NCBI GenBank assembly: GCA_963792965.1
Contig: CAWBYW010000013.1
Span: forward strand, 128,001 to 192,000
Length of the DNA stretch: 64,000 nucleotides
Direction: 5' to 3'
From: an uncultured delta proteobacterium
GTDB lineage: Bacteria; Desulfobacterota; Zymogenia; Zymogenales; Zymogenaceae
The position numbers and the translations under genes are program-made. Position 1 is the stretch's first letter. Every line of letters starts with the position of its first letter. This document shows, in pieces, positions 40,311 to 51,405 of this stretch. Below the pieces are notes generated by a model that saw only the letters and a list, made by a program, of their open reading frames with translations, was not told where the DNA came from and ran no database searches.

Positions 40311-41426
40311 CTAATCCCTCAAGAACCAGCGTTTCGCGATCAGCTCTCGCCGCAAGAGTCCGCTTCCCGCGGCGCGCCTTCCGAACGAGATGCCGGCCCA
40401 TGCGGGCATATATGACATGAGGGAAAGGAGCCGGGGGCTATAGGGCCTGCCGAGCCTGCCCGTGAGACGCTCGACATAGCTCGACAACGCGTGCCGGGAA
40501 TAGTTACCCCGAGCCTCGATAATCGTCTCGGCCGCAAGCAGGCCCGAAAAGATCGCCGGCCCGATACCCTCGCCCGACATGTTATACGCCACCCCCGCGG
40601 CGTCACCGGAAAGCAGAAACCTGTCGGAGACAAGGGTGCGGGTAGTTGTGCGCATGAGCTTATAGGCGTGGCCGATAAACGGCTCGAGGGGATTTCGTCG
40701 GGGATCGGGCAGCATCGTTTTACCCGCAAGGCGCGCCATGAGCGCTCCCCGGTGGGATTTCAGCGCAGGACCCATCGTCGTCCCCACCCCGATATTGAGA
40801 TAGTTCCCCTTGGGAAAGTACCACCCGTATCCCGAAAAATCGTCGTTGAAGATGATCTGGGGGACGTCCGGTATTGGAGAGATCGCGGCCATCACGGCGT
40901 GGGGAAGCCGCGTCTCGGAGACGACGGCCGTGACGAACTGCTCGTCCGGCCGTATATGGCCCATCTTGCGGGCAATCGGGCAGCGATGGCCCCCGGCGCC
41001 GATGACGACCCGCCCGCGGTAGGCGCCGTTGATCACCACGGAATCCGCGTCATCTTTTACCGCGGTGACGCGCGTCCCCTGGACGATAGAGGCGCCTTTT
41101 ATCCGCGAAAGAAGAAATGAGTCAAACTCGCGCCTGATGATCCCGTACCCCATGGTGCGGTCGAACGCGACGGGATGCGGGATTTGATGTTCGTCCCAGA
41201 TGACCAGAGAGGAAAACGGGACGACCGTCCCCTTTCTTGCATATTGGTCGGGGCCGACCCCGATGAGGTCGAAGACCCACGGCGAAACCCAACCCGCGCA
41301 GGGCTTGAGGCGGGGGAAGGTGTTCTGCTCGAGGATGAGGACCGAGAGGCCTTCAGACGCGAGGAGTCGGGCCGCCGTGCTGCCGGCCGGCCCCGCCCCC
41401 ACGACGATCACATCGTATAGTTCCAT
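40311..41426 (-). CDS. Geranylgeranyl-reductase-family FAD oxidoreductase
   Basis: YDVIVVGAGPAGS, FPR.KPCAG, GYGWYFPK, GDAAG....GEGI. Confidence 0.85.
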   Translation of the reverse strand: MELYDVIVVGAGPAGSTAARLLASEGLSVLILEQNTFPRLKPCAGWVSPWVFDLIGVGPDQYARKGTVVPFSSLVIWDEHQIPHPVAFDRTMGYGIIRREFDSFLLSRIKGASIVQGTRVTAVKDDADSVVINGAYRGRVVIGAGGHRCPIARKMGHIRPDEQFVTAVVSETRLPHAVMAAISPIPDVPQIIFNDDFSGYGWYFPKGNYLNIGVGTTMGPALKSHRGALMARLAGKTMLPDPRRNPLEPFIGHAYKLMRTTTRTLVSDRFLLSGDAAGVAYNMSGEGIGPAIFSGLLAAETIIEARGNYSRHALSSYVERLTGRLGRPYSPRLLSLMSYMPAWAGISFGRRAAGSGLLRRELIAKRWFLRD

Positions 41427-42625
41427 TGCGCCCGGCCGGGCTCCTTGGTATAGAGGTATTCGCGCGTCAGCTCCTCGCGGTTGTCTTCTCCGTTGCTGAA
41501 GATCACCTGGTAGAGGGCAAGCCCCCCCCACTTGAAGGCGACGGACGAGGAGTTGAGATAGAGACGCCACATACGGATGAAGCGCTCGTCGAATTTCTCC
41601 CGCACAACATCGAGGTTACTCTCGAAACGCTGCGCCCAGAGGTCAAGCGTCCTGGCGTAGTGCAGCCTGAGGTTTTCCACGTCCCGGACGAAGAACCCCG
41701 CCTTCTCAAAGGGGACAAGGACCTCCGACAGCGCCGGGGTATAGCCGCCCGGAAAGATATACTTGGCGATCCAGGCGTCACCCCTCTTGGGGGTAACCTT
41801 CCCGATGAAGTGAACCACTCCCCGGCCGCCCTTCTTGAGCGTGCGCCCGATGACGTCGACAAAGGTCCGGTAATTGTCCGGCCCTACGTGCTCGAGCATC
41901 CCGATGGAGATGAACTTGTCGAAAACGCCCTCGGCCTTTCGGTAGTCTTCCTCGAGAAACGTGACAAGCCGGTCCACTTCCGCCTCCTCGGCGAGCCTCC
42001 GCGCGTAGCCGATCTGTTCCTTCGAGATGTTATATGCCTTTACCGTGACCCCATAGTTTTTCGCGGCAAAGACCGCCAGTCCCCCCCAGCCACAGCCCGT
42101 CTCGATAACCGTCTCGCCCTTTTTCAGGTCGGCCTTTCTGCAGACGTAGTCCATTTTTTCCCTCTGGGACGTGTCCAGGCTACCGCACGGGTCCGTAAAA
42201 TAGGAGCAGGTGTATTGGAGGTTTTCATCCAGCCACAGCCGATAGAAGTCGTTGGAGATGTCGTAGTGATGGGTGATGTTCCTGCGAGAGCCGGCAAAGG
42301 TGTTCCGGTTTCTGAATGAGGCGGCAAGCTCCGAGAGGTTGGTGAAGAACGCGCCAAGAGAGCCCCCGGACGGCATCCGGGCGGCGGCGGCGAGGAGCTG
42401 TTGGAGGTCACCCTCCACCTCGATCTCTCCGTTCATATACCCCTCGCCGAAGCCGAGGGGGAGCCCCTTGAAGAGCCTGCGGGCGGAGGCCTTTGTCTTG
42501 AAGCTGACCCGGGCCAGGGGCGTCCCTTCTCCATATTTCTTCGTGGTGTTGTTCCAATAGCTGATCTCGACGGGGATAGGGCTGTCTTTGAGAAGAGTAT
42601 CGATAACACGCTGTGATATGTTCAT
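41408..42625 (-). CDS. cfa: Cyclopropane-fatty-acyl-phospholipid synthase family methyltransferase
   Basis: HYDISNDFY, YTCSYF, ETGCGWG, SIGMLEHVG, YIFPGG, HYARTL. Confidence 0.88.
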   Translation of the reverse strand: MNISQRVIDTLLKDSPIPVEISYWNNTTKKYGEGTPLARVSFKTKASARRLFKGLPLGFGEGYMNGEIEVEGDLQQLLAAAARMPSGGSLGAFFTNLSELAASFRNRNTFAGSRRNITHHYDISNDFYRLWLDENLQYTCSYFTDPCGSLDTSQREKMDYVCRKADLKKGETVIETGCGWGGLAVFAAKNYGVTVKAYNISKEQIGYARRLAEEAEVDRLVTFLEEDYRKAEGVFDKFISIGMLEHVGPDNYRTFVDVIGRTLKKGGRGVVHFIGKVTPKRGDAWIAKYIFPGGYTPALSEVLVPFEKAGFFVRDVENLRLHYARTLDLWAQRFESNLDVVREKFDERFIRMWRLYLNSSSVAFKWGGLALYQVIFSNGEDNREELTREYLYTKEPGRAQWNYTM

Positions 42626-42856
42626 CGCCTCCTCCTCCGTGAAAGTTGCCGAGAGATGAATATGATGAATTATTCTACCACCACTCGGACAAATCCACAA
42701 TTCTTTTTGCCACCGGTGCAATATCGTGCGTGACGAGGAGCCGTCGGCCGACAAAACCTGCGGTCATTTGACATCCCGGAGGCGCCTTGGGAAAACCCGG
42801 ATCTTTCTGGAGGGAATATCCTTTACTTGCCCGAGAAAACGTGATAGAAAACAGGC

Positions 42857-43759
42857 ATGGTGGAGAAATCGATGGACGCCCGGGGATCGGCCCTGGCGGT
42901 TTTTTTATGCCTTGTGTTCGGCTCCAACGCCGTGGCGATAAAGCTCTCTCTCTTCGGCCTGACGCCGTATGCCTGCGTCACGATACGGTTCATCGTGGCG
43001 TCCCTCATCATCTACACCTATGCCCGTCTCAAGAAGATACCGATCGCCCTTTCCGCGCGTGACTGGGGGCACGCGATCGCGATGGGACTCATCTTCGCGT
43101 TTCAGATGGCCGTCTTTTACGTCGGCATCACCTACACGACGGTGTCCCACGCCGGCGTCCTTATGAACACCCAGCCGTTTTTTGTGGCGATCATGGCGCA
43201 TTTTTTCCTGGCCGACGACCGGCTGACAGTGCGCAAGGTGATCGGGATCACGCTTGCCTTTGCTGGGGTGGCAATCCTCTTCTGGACGGAAGAGGAGGGC
43301 GCTTCGGTGAGCCTGATAGGTGATGTCCTCGTGACGGGATCGGCGTTTCTCTGGGCGGCCCAGACTATCTATATTAAGCGGTGGACCGAGCACTGGGACG
43401 AGGTGCCGCTCGTGCTTCACCCGATGGTGCTGAGTATCTTTATCTTCCTTGTTTTTTACCTGGTATTTGAATGGGACGCCGTGCAGACCTTCGACCGGAA
43501 CGTTCTGATCTCGCTCTTCTATCAGTCGGTGATTGCGGCCGGATACGGCTATATCGGCTGGACGCAGCTGCTTCTGAAGTACAAGGCAAGCCACCTGTCG
43601 GTCTTCGTCTTTATCATGCCGGTCGCGGCGGTGATTCTCGGCATCATCTTCATGGGCGACCCCTTTTCCTTCAAGATCCTGGCAAGCTTAGCCTTCGTGG
43701 CGGTGGGGATCTTGGTCGTCAACATCGTCCCGAAAGAGGTCTTCGTGATGCCGGAGTGA
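42857..43759 (+). CDS. DMT/EamA family transporter
   Basis: Two EamA-like repeats, about 10 TM, NTQPFFVA. Confidence 0.88.
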   Translation: MVEKSMDARGSALAVFLCLVFGSNAVAIKLSLFGLTPYACVTIRFIVASLIIYTYARLKKIPIALSARDWGHAIAMGLIFAFQMAVFYVGITYTTVSHAGVLMNTQPFFVAIMAHFFLADDRLTVRKVIGITLAFAGVAILFWTEEEGASVSLIGDVLVTGSAFLWAAQTIYIKRWTEHWDEVPLVLHPMVLSIFIFLVFYLVFEWDAVQTFDRNVLISLFYQSVIAAGYGYIGWTQLLLKYKASHLSVFVFIMPVAAVILGIIFMGDPFSFKILASLAFVAVGILVVNIVPKEVFVMPE

Positions 43760-43972
43760 GGATCGATCGAGGGTAGAGCGCGGGAGACGTAATGATATCC
43801 GCCGGAAAATATTATCGTCCCCCGAGGGACACAAAGTAGAAATTGCAACGTCGGCGGGGCGGCATCGTGGATATCTTTAAGAAAACGAAGTTGTATTCAC
43901 TCTCGTTTCGCCTACCGGCGATTGGGGACCCTGCTCTTTCAAATCCGTTCGGCCTCGGGGCGATTTTCCTTT

Positions 43973-44893
43973 TTATAAGTTATTCGGAACGAAACTACGC
44001 GGATCCATTGGAATGCCGTTCACTCTGACCTCGTAATGAAGATGAGGCCCTGTACATGCTCCGGTGCATCCTATCGTCCCTATCTTATCTCCCTTTTTCA
44101 CTTTGTCTCCCTCTTTAACGATAATGGTTTCCAGATGACCGTAGCGGGTCATGAGGCCGTATCCATGATCAATCGTCAGAAGATTTCCGTACCCTGTTTC
44201 GATGCCGGCGAAAATAACCAGGCCGTCGGCGCCCGCGTGTACCACCGTTCCTGTTTTATTGGCAATATCCAACCCTTCATGCATCTTTATCCTTCCCGTA
44301 AATGGATCGCGACGGAATCCAAAGCCTGAAGTGATAAATCCCCGAGTGGGCCAAATAGAGGGAGTAGAGTCGAGGAGATCTTCCTGGCCCTCACAAAAGA
44401 CTAATAGCTCTTGAAGGCTCTTTTCCCGGAGTGAACATTCATTACGGAGCTTATCCATTTCCCCGGCCAATTCGTCCGTGAGGATCTGATGGCGTCTGCT
44501 TAACTCGAACGTACTGGTATCGTCTTCGGGTGTGGGACCTCCAATACCAAAAGGCTGCTCCTTGTCGTTTTCGATTCCGGCCAAGGCAAGCAGATTGCTT
44601 TTTAGCAGCTTGTCATTCTCAATCCGGGAGCTGGTCCCTTCAAACGCCTTATTGAACTCCTTCATTTGTTCCTTGAGCAGTCCGTTTTCACTTTTCAACG
44701 AAAAATATTCCGCCGCCGTATAATGCGCATCAATAGACGTGAATAGTAGCAGCCCAAAAGCGCTCAGGACTCCGACGAAGGAAACGATAGCCACGATGAC
44801 CCCTGTGCCGGTAATCCTGAACTTAAATAACCTGTCCGCATAATCGGTCACCACGATGATGGTATAATAAGTCCTTTTCACTATCTTCCTCAT
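43973..44893 (-). CDS. M23 family metallopeptidase
   Basis: N-terminal TM and coiled coil, PSIWP, HEGLD, YGHL, GPHLHYEV. Confidence 0.92.
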   Translation of the reverse strand: MRKIVKRTYYTIIVVTDYADRLFKFRITGTGVIVAIVSFVGVLSAFGLLLFTSIDAHYTAAEYFSLKSENGLLKEQMKEFNKAFEGTSSRIENDKLLKSNLLALAGIENDKEQPFGIGGPTPEDDTSTFELSRRHQILTDELAGEMDKLRNECSLREKSLQELLVFCEGQEDLLDSTPSIWPTRGFITSGFGFRRDPFTGRIKMHEGLDIANKTGTVVHAGADGLVIFAGIETGYGNLLTIDHGYGLMTRYGHLETIIVKEGDKVKKGDKIGTIGCTGACTGPHLHYEVRVNGIPMDPRSFVPNNL

Positions 44894-45198
44894 TATGTAT
44901 GTAGGGAAAGACGAAGAGTCGATTCAGCCTTATTCCATATGCGCTCCCCGCGATATGGCAGCTTCGCAATCTTTTTTGCCCGGCTTTCTTCATTGAGACG
45001 ACTTTCATGAATCGCGCGGCGCGTATAGATACGGCGTTAAGCGTATCTTGCCCCGAATGGAGGACGGCCATATTATCGGCGCGGATTGTAAGAGGATGGG
45101 CCGGTAACGAGCCGTTTGTCCGCTCTCTTGGTCTCTCATGATTTCTCAGTCGTTCGATTCTTCTTGTTTAGAGCATGAAACTCGGGCGGCGTAAACGA

Positions 45199-46341
45199 TC
45201 ATTTTCCTCTTTCTATGACCGCCGTATCGAACACGGTTCCATCGGGCAGGACGGCCCGGAACGTGCACGTTTTCCCGTCGACATCCATCACAAGGAAATG
45301 ATGGGCCACTCTCGTGGCGTCCGTCCTCCCCATAAACAGGGTGTAGAAATTATACTTATTGATTTTGTAGAGAGGTGAACCGCCGCCGCCGGTGATGAAA
45401 AACGGAACGCCGGAATAAGTGGTCCCCCGGGCATAGTGGTGATCATGGCCGGAGATGATGGCGGTAACCCCGTAACGTCCCATTATTCCCGTAAAGGGCT
45501 TCAGTCCCGAGTAGCCCCTGCGGAACCTCCAGTGGCTGATCACCCCCTCGTGGGAGAGTATGAAAACGTGATGGATGTCCGGCCGTTTTGACGCATCCTT
45601 CAGCAGCCGATAGAGCCTCACGCCCTCCGTAAAGGTAAAGAACGGCCGCTTCGAGTAGATATCCAGGAAGATGAAGAGATCCCCGCATATCGTCTCGTTA
45701 AACGTGATCGAGTCTGAGGGGATGGAGACGGGCCGAATGAAAAACCGTCGAAACATCGTGAAGGCACGATCATACTCGACGTCGTGGTTTCCCGGCACTC
45801 CAAAGATCGGGATATGGTCAAAGAGCTTTTTGCCGGGATCAAATAACTGTCCCTTCCAGTCCTTGGCCTGATTTGACCTGTCGACGAAATCACCGAGCAT
45901 GACGATAAACCGGGGCCGGTACGCGTCAATCCGGGAGAAGATGAGATTCGTGACGCCGGTGTTACCGCGTGTGTCGCCGAGGAATACGGCGCGATATGGT
46001 CCCCGCTCGGGGAGCGTGAAAAACCACGATCGGTGGCCGACGATTCGATTTACCAAGACCGCGTATTCATAGCGAGTGTCGGGCGCGAGCCCCCCGATCG
46101 TCACCACGTGGCGGGTTGCCACGTCCGGCGAGGAGATCTCCCTCTCCAACCCCGTGGGATCGGAGAGCACCACCGATCCCGCCGCGGCGTTGTCGGTCTC
46201 CCACACAACGGTCATCGTGTTGGGACCGGGCAGCTCCAGAAGAGGGCCGATGGTGATCTCTGAGCCCAAGGCGGTGGCCGCAAAAAAGAAAATCAGAACA
46301 GTCACGGCCGTCAACATGATCCATATGATTCCATTCTTCAT
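45199..46341 (-). CDS. Exported metallophosphoesterase with purple-acid-phosphatase-like N-terminal domain
   Basis: Signal peptide, GDT, LGDFV, GNHD, SGHDHHY. Confidence 0.85.
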   Translation of the reverse strand: MKNGIIWIMLTAVTVLIFFFAATALGSEITIGPLLELPGPNTMTVVWETDNAAAGSVVLSDPTGLEREISSPDVATRHVVTIGGLAPDTRYEYAVLVNRIVGHRSWFFTLPERGPYRAVFLGDTRGNTGVTNLIFSRIDAYRPRFIVMLGDFVDRSNQAKDWKGQLFDPGKKLFDHIPIFGVPGNHDVEYDRAFTMFRRFFIRPVSIPSDSITFNETICGDLFIFLDIYSKRPFFTFTEGVRLYRLLKDASKRPDIHHVFILSHEGVISHWRFRRGYSGLKPFTGIMGRYGVTAIISGHDHHYARGTTYSGVPFFITGGGGSPLYKINKYNFYTLFMGRTDATRVAHHFLVMDVDGKTCTFRAVLPDGTVFDTAVIERGK

Positions 46342-46533
46342 GGGGGATGACTCCCTATCGATCTCAGCAACTATTGGTGAGGAACATGCGTATTATCCGA
46401 GGTTCCCCATACCAACCCTGACATGGGATCGTTCAATCCAATATCCTCGAAAGAGGTCCTCGCGATGCTGGAGTGAGGAGTCCGGCCAGTCTTGTCCGAG
46501 CTCCTTCTTTTAGGAGGTTACCGCACGGCATGA

Positions 46534-47653
46534 CTATTGCGGCTTGTGTCTCACCGACTTCCGATTGCTCACCCGCACGGATGAAAAGAACCAAATGCCG
46601 AGAAGGCATGATACTAATCCACCGGAGCCCATAATCGGCATCTCCCATTTTTCTTCATGCTCAAAGAAGGCAAAGGCCTGCGTGAGCATCGTCTTTTTCA
46701 TTACGTAGAACGGGCGCTTCTGACTTTTACCTATATAGATCCGTTCATTCACGTTTCTTGTGACCGGATCAACCTGGATGAGCATGGCGTGATATGAGCC
46801 TTCCTTCTCGTTTTTCGCCTTGTTCGCGAACTTATCGGTCCCTCCCCCTGAGATAAGGAAGACCGTGTTTCTGACTTTGGCGCGAAAATAGGAATGGAAA
46901 TCCCCCGAGATGACGTAATCGACGTTGTTGTTCTCGACCAGCGATAGGAATTCCTTTTCCCCCAGCATCTTCCTGCTCCTGATGGCAGGTGAGATGGTAT
47001 GTGGCGGTATATGCGTGAAGACAAACGTCATGAGGGTGCCTTTCTGCCTATGCGAAAGGGCCTCGGCAAGGTACGCGACGTGGCTGTCGGTTTCTATATC
47101 GTTGAGTATGACGAAGAGACACCCGTGGTAGTAAAACGAAAAATCGGCCGGGCCGTAAGTCCTTTCAAAGTCCTTCAGGGTAAAGGAATACCACCTGTTC
47201 CGGGCTATATTCGGCTCGGTGACGATGTCGTGATTGCCGCAGACGAGAAATACCGGCTCATGAATTCCCCAGGTGGGGAAATCCATCATGAATTCCTTAT
47301 GAGACTCTGTTTTAGCGGGTCTCACATTGTCGCCTAATAGAACGCCGAAATTTGGAGAATCACCTTTAATGTCGTCGCGATAGATGGCCGGGAAGAAATC
47401 GTTTTGCTGCATATCTCCCACAATGAAGAAGGAGAAGGGAGCAGAATCGGAATCGGTTTTCTTGAGTAAATCGATATTGTCCTGCTTATTTCCGAGGAAC
47501 GCCGGCAACTTCACCCGCTCGCGAGACTCGCCGTATATAATCGACGCCGCGCCATAGCTCAAAGAGAGCAATGAGATCAACAGGAGGAGTGAAAATGATT
47601 ATTGACTTAATGTCGAAAATTTTCTTAGACATGCTCCGTTTTTCACTATTCAT
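46534..47653 (-). CDS. Membrane-anchored metallophosphoesterase; frameshift near 47590
   Basis: VGD, LGD, GNHD, THIPP, GDFH. The N-terminus MNSEKRSMSKKIF parallels paralogue 49923..51062 after removing one base. Confidence 0.78.
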
Positions 47654-47865
47654 CTCTATCATTGAAATTCTTTTGCGGGAAGATAAGTCACCCGACTGTT
47701 AGCAAAATAGACTACTACCCTTTCGGGAACATTACAAAAGGATTAGATAGCTATAATCTTTATCTATTAATAATCTTTCGCCGATGAGGCGGCCGCCTTT
47801 GTCGCCTTTATCGCGCCTGATAGTGTCCGAACCTCGACACCGCTCGACCACAGAAGTAGAAAATT

Positions 47866-49029
47866 CTATCTCTTGCTCTTTCGTATCGTGGTCCTGTCGA
47901 TTACTTTTCCGTTTTCCTCAATGGCGGTAAAGGTCACCACGTCTCCGCGAACGTCCATGAGGAGCATGTGGTAGGTCTTGAGTGCGAACACTTTCCTGCC
48001 GGTAAGGATCGCAAAGGGATTGTAATTTTCGATGTCATAGAGTGGGGCACCCCCGCCGCCCGTGATGATGAACGGGACCCCCGAGTAGGTGTTCCCCCGG
48101 ACATAGTGGTGATCGTGACTGGTGATGAGTGCGGTCACCCCGCGTCGTCCCATGACGCCGGTAAAAAGCTTCAGACCGAAAAATCCCCTGCGCGAGTTTG
48201 AGTAATCCAAGACCCCTTCGTGGGAAAGGACGAAGATGTGCCGTACGCGCGGGTCCCGCGAGGCCTCCTTGAGCGTGTGGAGAAGCCACATTCCTTCGGT
48301 GAAGGCAAAAAACGGCCTGACGGTGTAGACATCAAGGACGACAAATAAGTCGCCTCCGAGAGAAAACGTATAATAGAGCCTTCCCTCAGGTGTGCTCTTC
48401 GGAGGGGGGAAATAGTGTGCGTAGAGATCGGCCCGTCCTTTCTCGTCGAGATCATGATTGCCGAGCACGGCCACCAACGGGATATGATCGAAGACATCTC
48501 TTCCCACGTCGAACAGGTACTTTTTCCATACGGCCCCGCCCCACGTGCCGTGGATCATGTCGCCGAGATGTACGATGAGATAGGGGTGGTTTTTTTCAAT
48601 CAGCAAGAGAAGCTTCCTAAAGGTCTTGGGGTTGTCCCTCGAATCACCCATGAGTGCTATGCGATATGAATCATCCCCGTCGAAGGTGACAAAAGAGGCC
48701 TCATGGATAACGCTCCCCCCTCCCACTACTTGATACTTATAACTCGTTCCTGGCTTGAGTCCCGATAGAGTGACCAGATGGTAGACTCCCTTTTCCAGGG
48801 AGGGCACCTCCGTCTTTTTCCCCGATGGGTCGGTAAGGATGACGGAGGAATTTACGGGAATGTCCGTCTCCCACATGACGGCCATCGTGTCGCTGCCGGG
48901 GCGTTCCAGCACCGGACCGATGGTTATCTCCGCACCGGATGCCAGAGCGGCGGCATATAGATTGAGTACCAGTATCACTGCGATAATACTTCTTTTCATG
49001 CTTTTCGTGCCCTGTGTCGTCAGATTCAT
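47866..49029 (-). CDS. Exported metallophosphoesterase, paralogue of 45199..46341
   Basis: EITIGP, GDS, LGDM, GNHD, SHDHHY. The start may be 48999. Confidence 0.85.
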   Translation of the reverse strand: MNLTTQGTKSMKRSIIAVILVLNLYAAALASGAEITIGPVLERPGSDTMAVMWETDIPVNSSVILTDPSGKKTEVPSLEKGVYHLVTLSGLKPGTSYKYQVVGGGSVIHEASFVTFDGDDSYRIALMGDSRDNPKTFRKLLLLIEKNHPYLIVHLGDMIHGTWGGAVWKKYLFDVGRDVFDHIPLVAVLGNHDLDEKGRADLYAHYFPPPKSTPEGRLYYTFSLGGDLFVVLDVYTVRPFFAFTEGMWLLHTLKEASRDPRVRHIFVLSHEGVLDYSNSRRGFFGLKLFTGVMGRRGVTALITSHDHHYVRGNTYSGVPFIITGGGGAPLYDIENYNPFAILTGRKVFALKTYHMLLMDVRGDVVTFTAIEENGKVIDRTTIRKSKR

Positions 49030-49111
49030 TTCAATCTACTTAATCTTACGACTGTTTTTTAGTTTTCGCCTCTATGGCATCGCGGGTTCAATGTAGGCCT
49101 TGCTTGCATAA

Positions 49112-49137
49112 GAAAGGCCGGATTACTCCGGCCTTTC
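49112..49137. terminator. Hairpin/terminator after the Spy-like gene
   Basis: GAAAGGCCGGA/TCCGGCCTTTC inverted repeat. Confidence 0.55.
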
Positions 49138-49155
49138 CGTGTGAAGTCGGGATAT

Positions 49156-49755
49156 TTACCTGTCTCGGTCTCCCCACCATTCGTGGTCGCCTTCCTTTTC
49201 GTGGTTACCCTCGCGGGCGCCTTCGCATTCATGACCCCACTTGCCTCTCTCCCCGCAGATTCCGAATCCTCCACCAAATCCGGGGCCGAACCCGGCACCG
49301 AAACCGGGGCCACCCATAGGACCGAAGCCCGGCTCCATAAAGGCATACGGATCGGCCTTGAGCTGCTCGTCAGTCAATAGCGCACGAGCACTATTGCGAA
49401 ACTCCCGGAAGAGAGGGATGTTCTTATCGGCAAGGGCCTTGATTTCGTCCTGGGCCTTATCGATTGCGTTGATGTCCGGTTTTTCGGCGAGATACAGCTT
49501 TTTCAGCTCGAACTCCTTTTTCACGATTTCGTCGGTGTTTTTTTCTTTGTCGGTGAATAGCTTCTCCTGGAGATCAATCAGCTTGGTCTTCTGTTCCGTG
49601 GTCAGTTTGAGCTCGTCCGTGTATCCAACGTATCCCTTATCCTTATCCCGACCAAAACACCACGGCTCTTTACCCCGCCGATCTTTATCACAGCCCGCGC
49701 CAATGATCAGTAGCAGCGTAACCAAGGCAAGAACCATGTAATTATACTTTTTCAT
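49156..49755 (-). CDS. Spy/CpxP/ZraP-like periplasmic lipoprotein
   Basis: Lipobox GAGC, LTTEQ and LTDEQ motifs, Gly/Phe-rich tail. Confidence 0.75.
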   Translation of the reverse strand: MKKYNYMVLALVTLLLIIGAGCDKDRRGKEPWCFGRDKDKGYVGYTDELKLTTEQKTKLIDLQEKLFTDKEKNTDEIVKKEFELKKLYLAEKPDINAIDKAQDEIKALADKNIPLFREFRNSARALLTDEQLKADPYAFMEPGFGPMGGPGFGAGFGPGFGGGFGICGERGKWGHECEGAREGNHEKEGDHEWWGDRDR

Positions 49756-49922
49756 CCGTTCTGCTCCTTTCTTGCTGTGGTGCTTTTTGTTATCTCAACA
49801 CGTCGAAACGCGCTATGTGCACCAGAGCTTTTTGTCGCATTTGTCTCGATATCCTTATCCTAATCTCCCTCAGCCAGTCCCCCACCCATCGATATGTTAG
49901 CCTCGATTATGAGTGTTCCTCC

Positions 49923-51062
49923 TTATCTCTTATATTGTAGCGGCGTAAAGTCGTCACGGGTCGTTCTTTCCTGCTTTCTGCTGTGTGCCCGCACGGATGA
50001 AAAGAACCAGATACCCAGAAGACATGATGCCAGTCCGCCGGAGCCCATGATCGGCGTTTCCCATTTTTCATCGTGCTCAAAGAAGGCAAAGACCTGCGTG
50101 AGCATTATCTTTTTCATCGTGTAGACCGGGCGCTTCTCACTCTTGCCTATATAGATCCGTTCATTGACATTTCTTGTGACCGGGTCGACCTGGATGAGCA
50201 TGGCCTGATATGAGCCTTCCTTCTCGTTTTTCGGCTTGTTCGCAAACTTATCTGTCCCTCCCCCTGAGATGAGGAAGATCGTGTTCCTGACCTTGGCGCG
50301 AAAATAGGAATGGAAATCCCCCTCGATGACGTAATCGACGTTGTTATTCTCGACCAGTGACAAGAATTCTTTTTCTCCCAGCATCTCCTTACTGCTAATG
50401 GCGGGCGAGATCGTGTGTGCCGGTATATGCGTGAAGACAAACGTCATGAGGGTGTCTTTCTTCCTGTGCGAGAGGGCGTCGGCAAGGTAGGCAACGTGGC
50501 TGTCGGTGTCCACATCGTTGAGGATGACGAAGAGACATCCATGGTAGTAAAAGGAAAAATCAGCCGGGCCGTAGGTCTTTTCAAAGTCTTTCAGGGTAAA
50601 GGAGAACCACCTGTTGTTGGCGATATCCGTCTTGGTGACGATTTCGTGATTGCCGCACACGAGAAACACCGGCACGTTGACGCCCCATGTGGGGAAATCC
50701 ATCATGAATTGTGCGTGATCCTCCGCTTTTGGATTCTTAACGAAGTCTCCAAGGATGAGGCCGAAATTGGGGGAGTCGCTCTTGATGTCGTTTTTGTAGA
50801 TACCGGGGAAGAAGTCGCCTAATTGCGTATCCCCGACGACAAAGAAGGAAAAGGGAGAATCGCCCGTATTGCTCTTCCCGAGAAGGTCGATGTTCTCCGT
50901 CTTGTTTCCCAGGAACGCCGGCAGCTTCACCTGTTCGTGAGACTCGCCGTATATAATCGACGCCGCGCCGTAGCTCAAAGAAAGCAATGAGATCAACAGG
51001 AGAAAGAAGATGATTGCTGATTTTATACCAAAGACTTTCCTGAGCATGTTCCGCTCTTTCAT
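49923..51062 (-). CDS. Membrane-anchored metallophosphoesterase, paralogue of 46534..47653
   Basis: VGDT, LGDF, GNHE, GDFH; N- and C-terminal hydrophobic segments. Confidence 0.82.
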   Translation of the reverse strand: MKERNMLRKVFGIKSAIIFFLLLISLLSLSYGAASIIYGESHEQVKLPAFLGNKTENIDLLGKSNTGDSPFSFFVVGDTQLGDFFPGIYKNDIKSDSPNFGLILGDFVKNPKAEDHAQFMMDFPTWGVNVPVFLVCGNHEIVTKTDIANNRWFSFTLKDFEKTYGPADFSFYYHGCLFVILNDVDTDSHVAYLADALSHRKKDTLMTFVFTHIPAHTISPAISSKEMLGEKEFLSLVENNNVDYVIEGDFHSYFRAKVRNTIFLISGGGTDKFANKPKNEKEGSYQAMLIQVDPVTRNVNERIYIGKSEKRPVYTMKKIMLTQVFAFFEHDEKWETPIMGSGGLASCLLGIWFFSSVRAHSRKQERTTRDDFTPLQYKR

Positions 51063-51405
51063 TACGTATCTCCATCAATTGAATTTTCTTGCGGGATGAT
51101 GAGCCGTCCAACCGCTAATAGAATAGGCTACAATCCTTTCGGGAACATTACAATACGATTAGATAATTATAATAAGGCGCGATTGCGGCGGGTTCAGGGC
51201 CGGTGGGGCGCCTTCTTCAGAAGCATTGCCTGAACTTTGGTATTGCCAATAACGGTGTCATTTGATATATCTCCTACAGGCACGCCTGAGCCCGGCGCCA
51301 TCATACGCGCCGGGCCGGACCCGTCCGCGAGACACGCGGTCGCCACATGAGGCCGTCGCTTCATAGCTGTCTCTGGTCTTATCGCCGGCACGTCATGAAC
51401 CGACC

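Noticed and set aside
49220-49335. GFGP/GFGG repeats in the Spy-like lipoprotein as a novel repeat system
   Set aside because: Gly-rich low-complexity tails are common in Spy/ZraP-like proteins.
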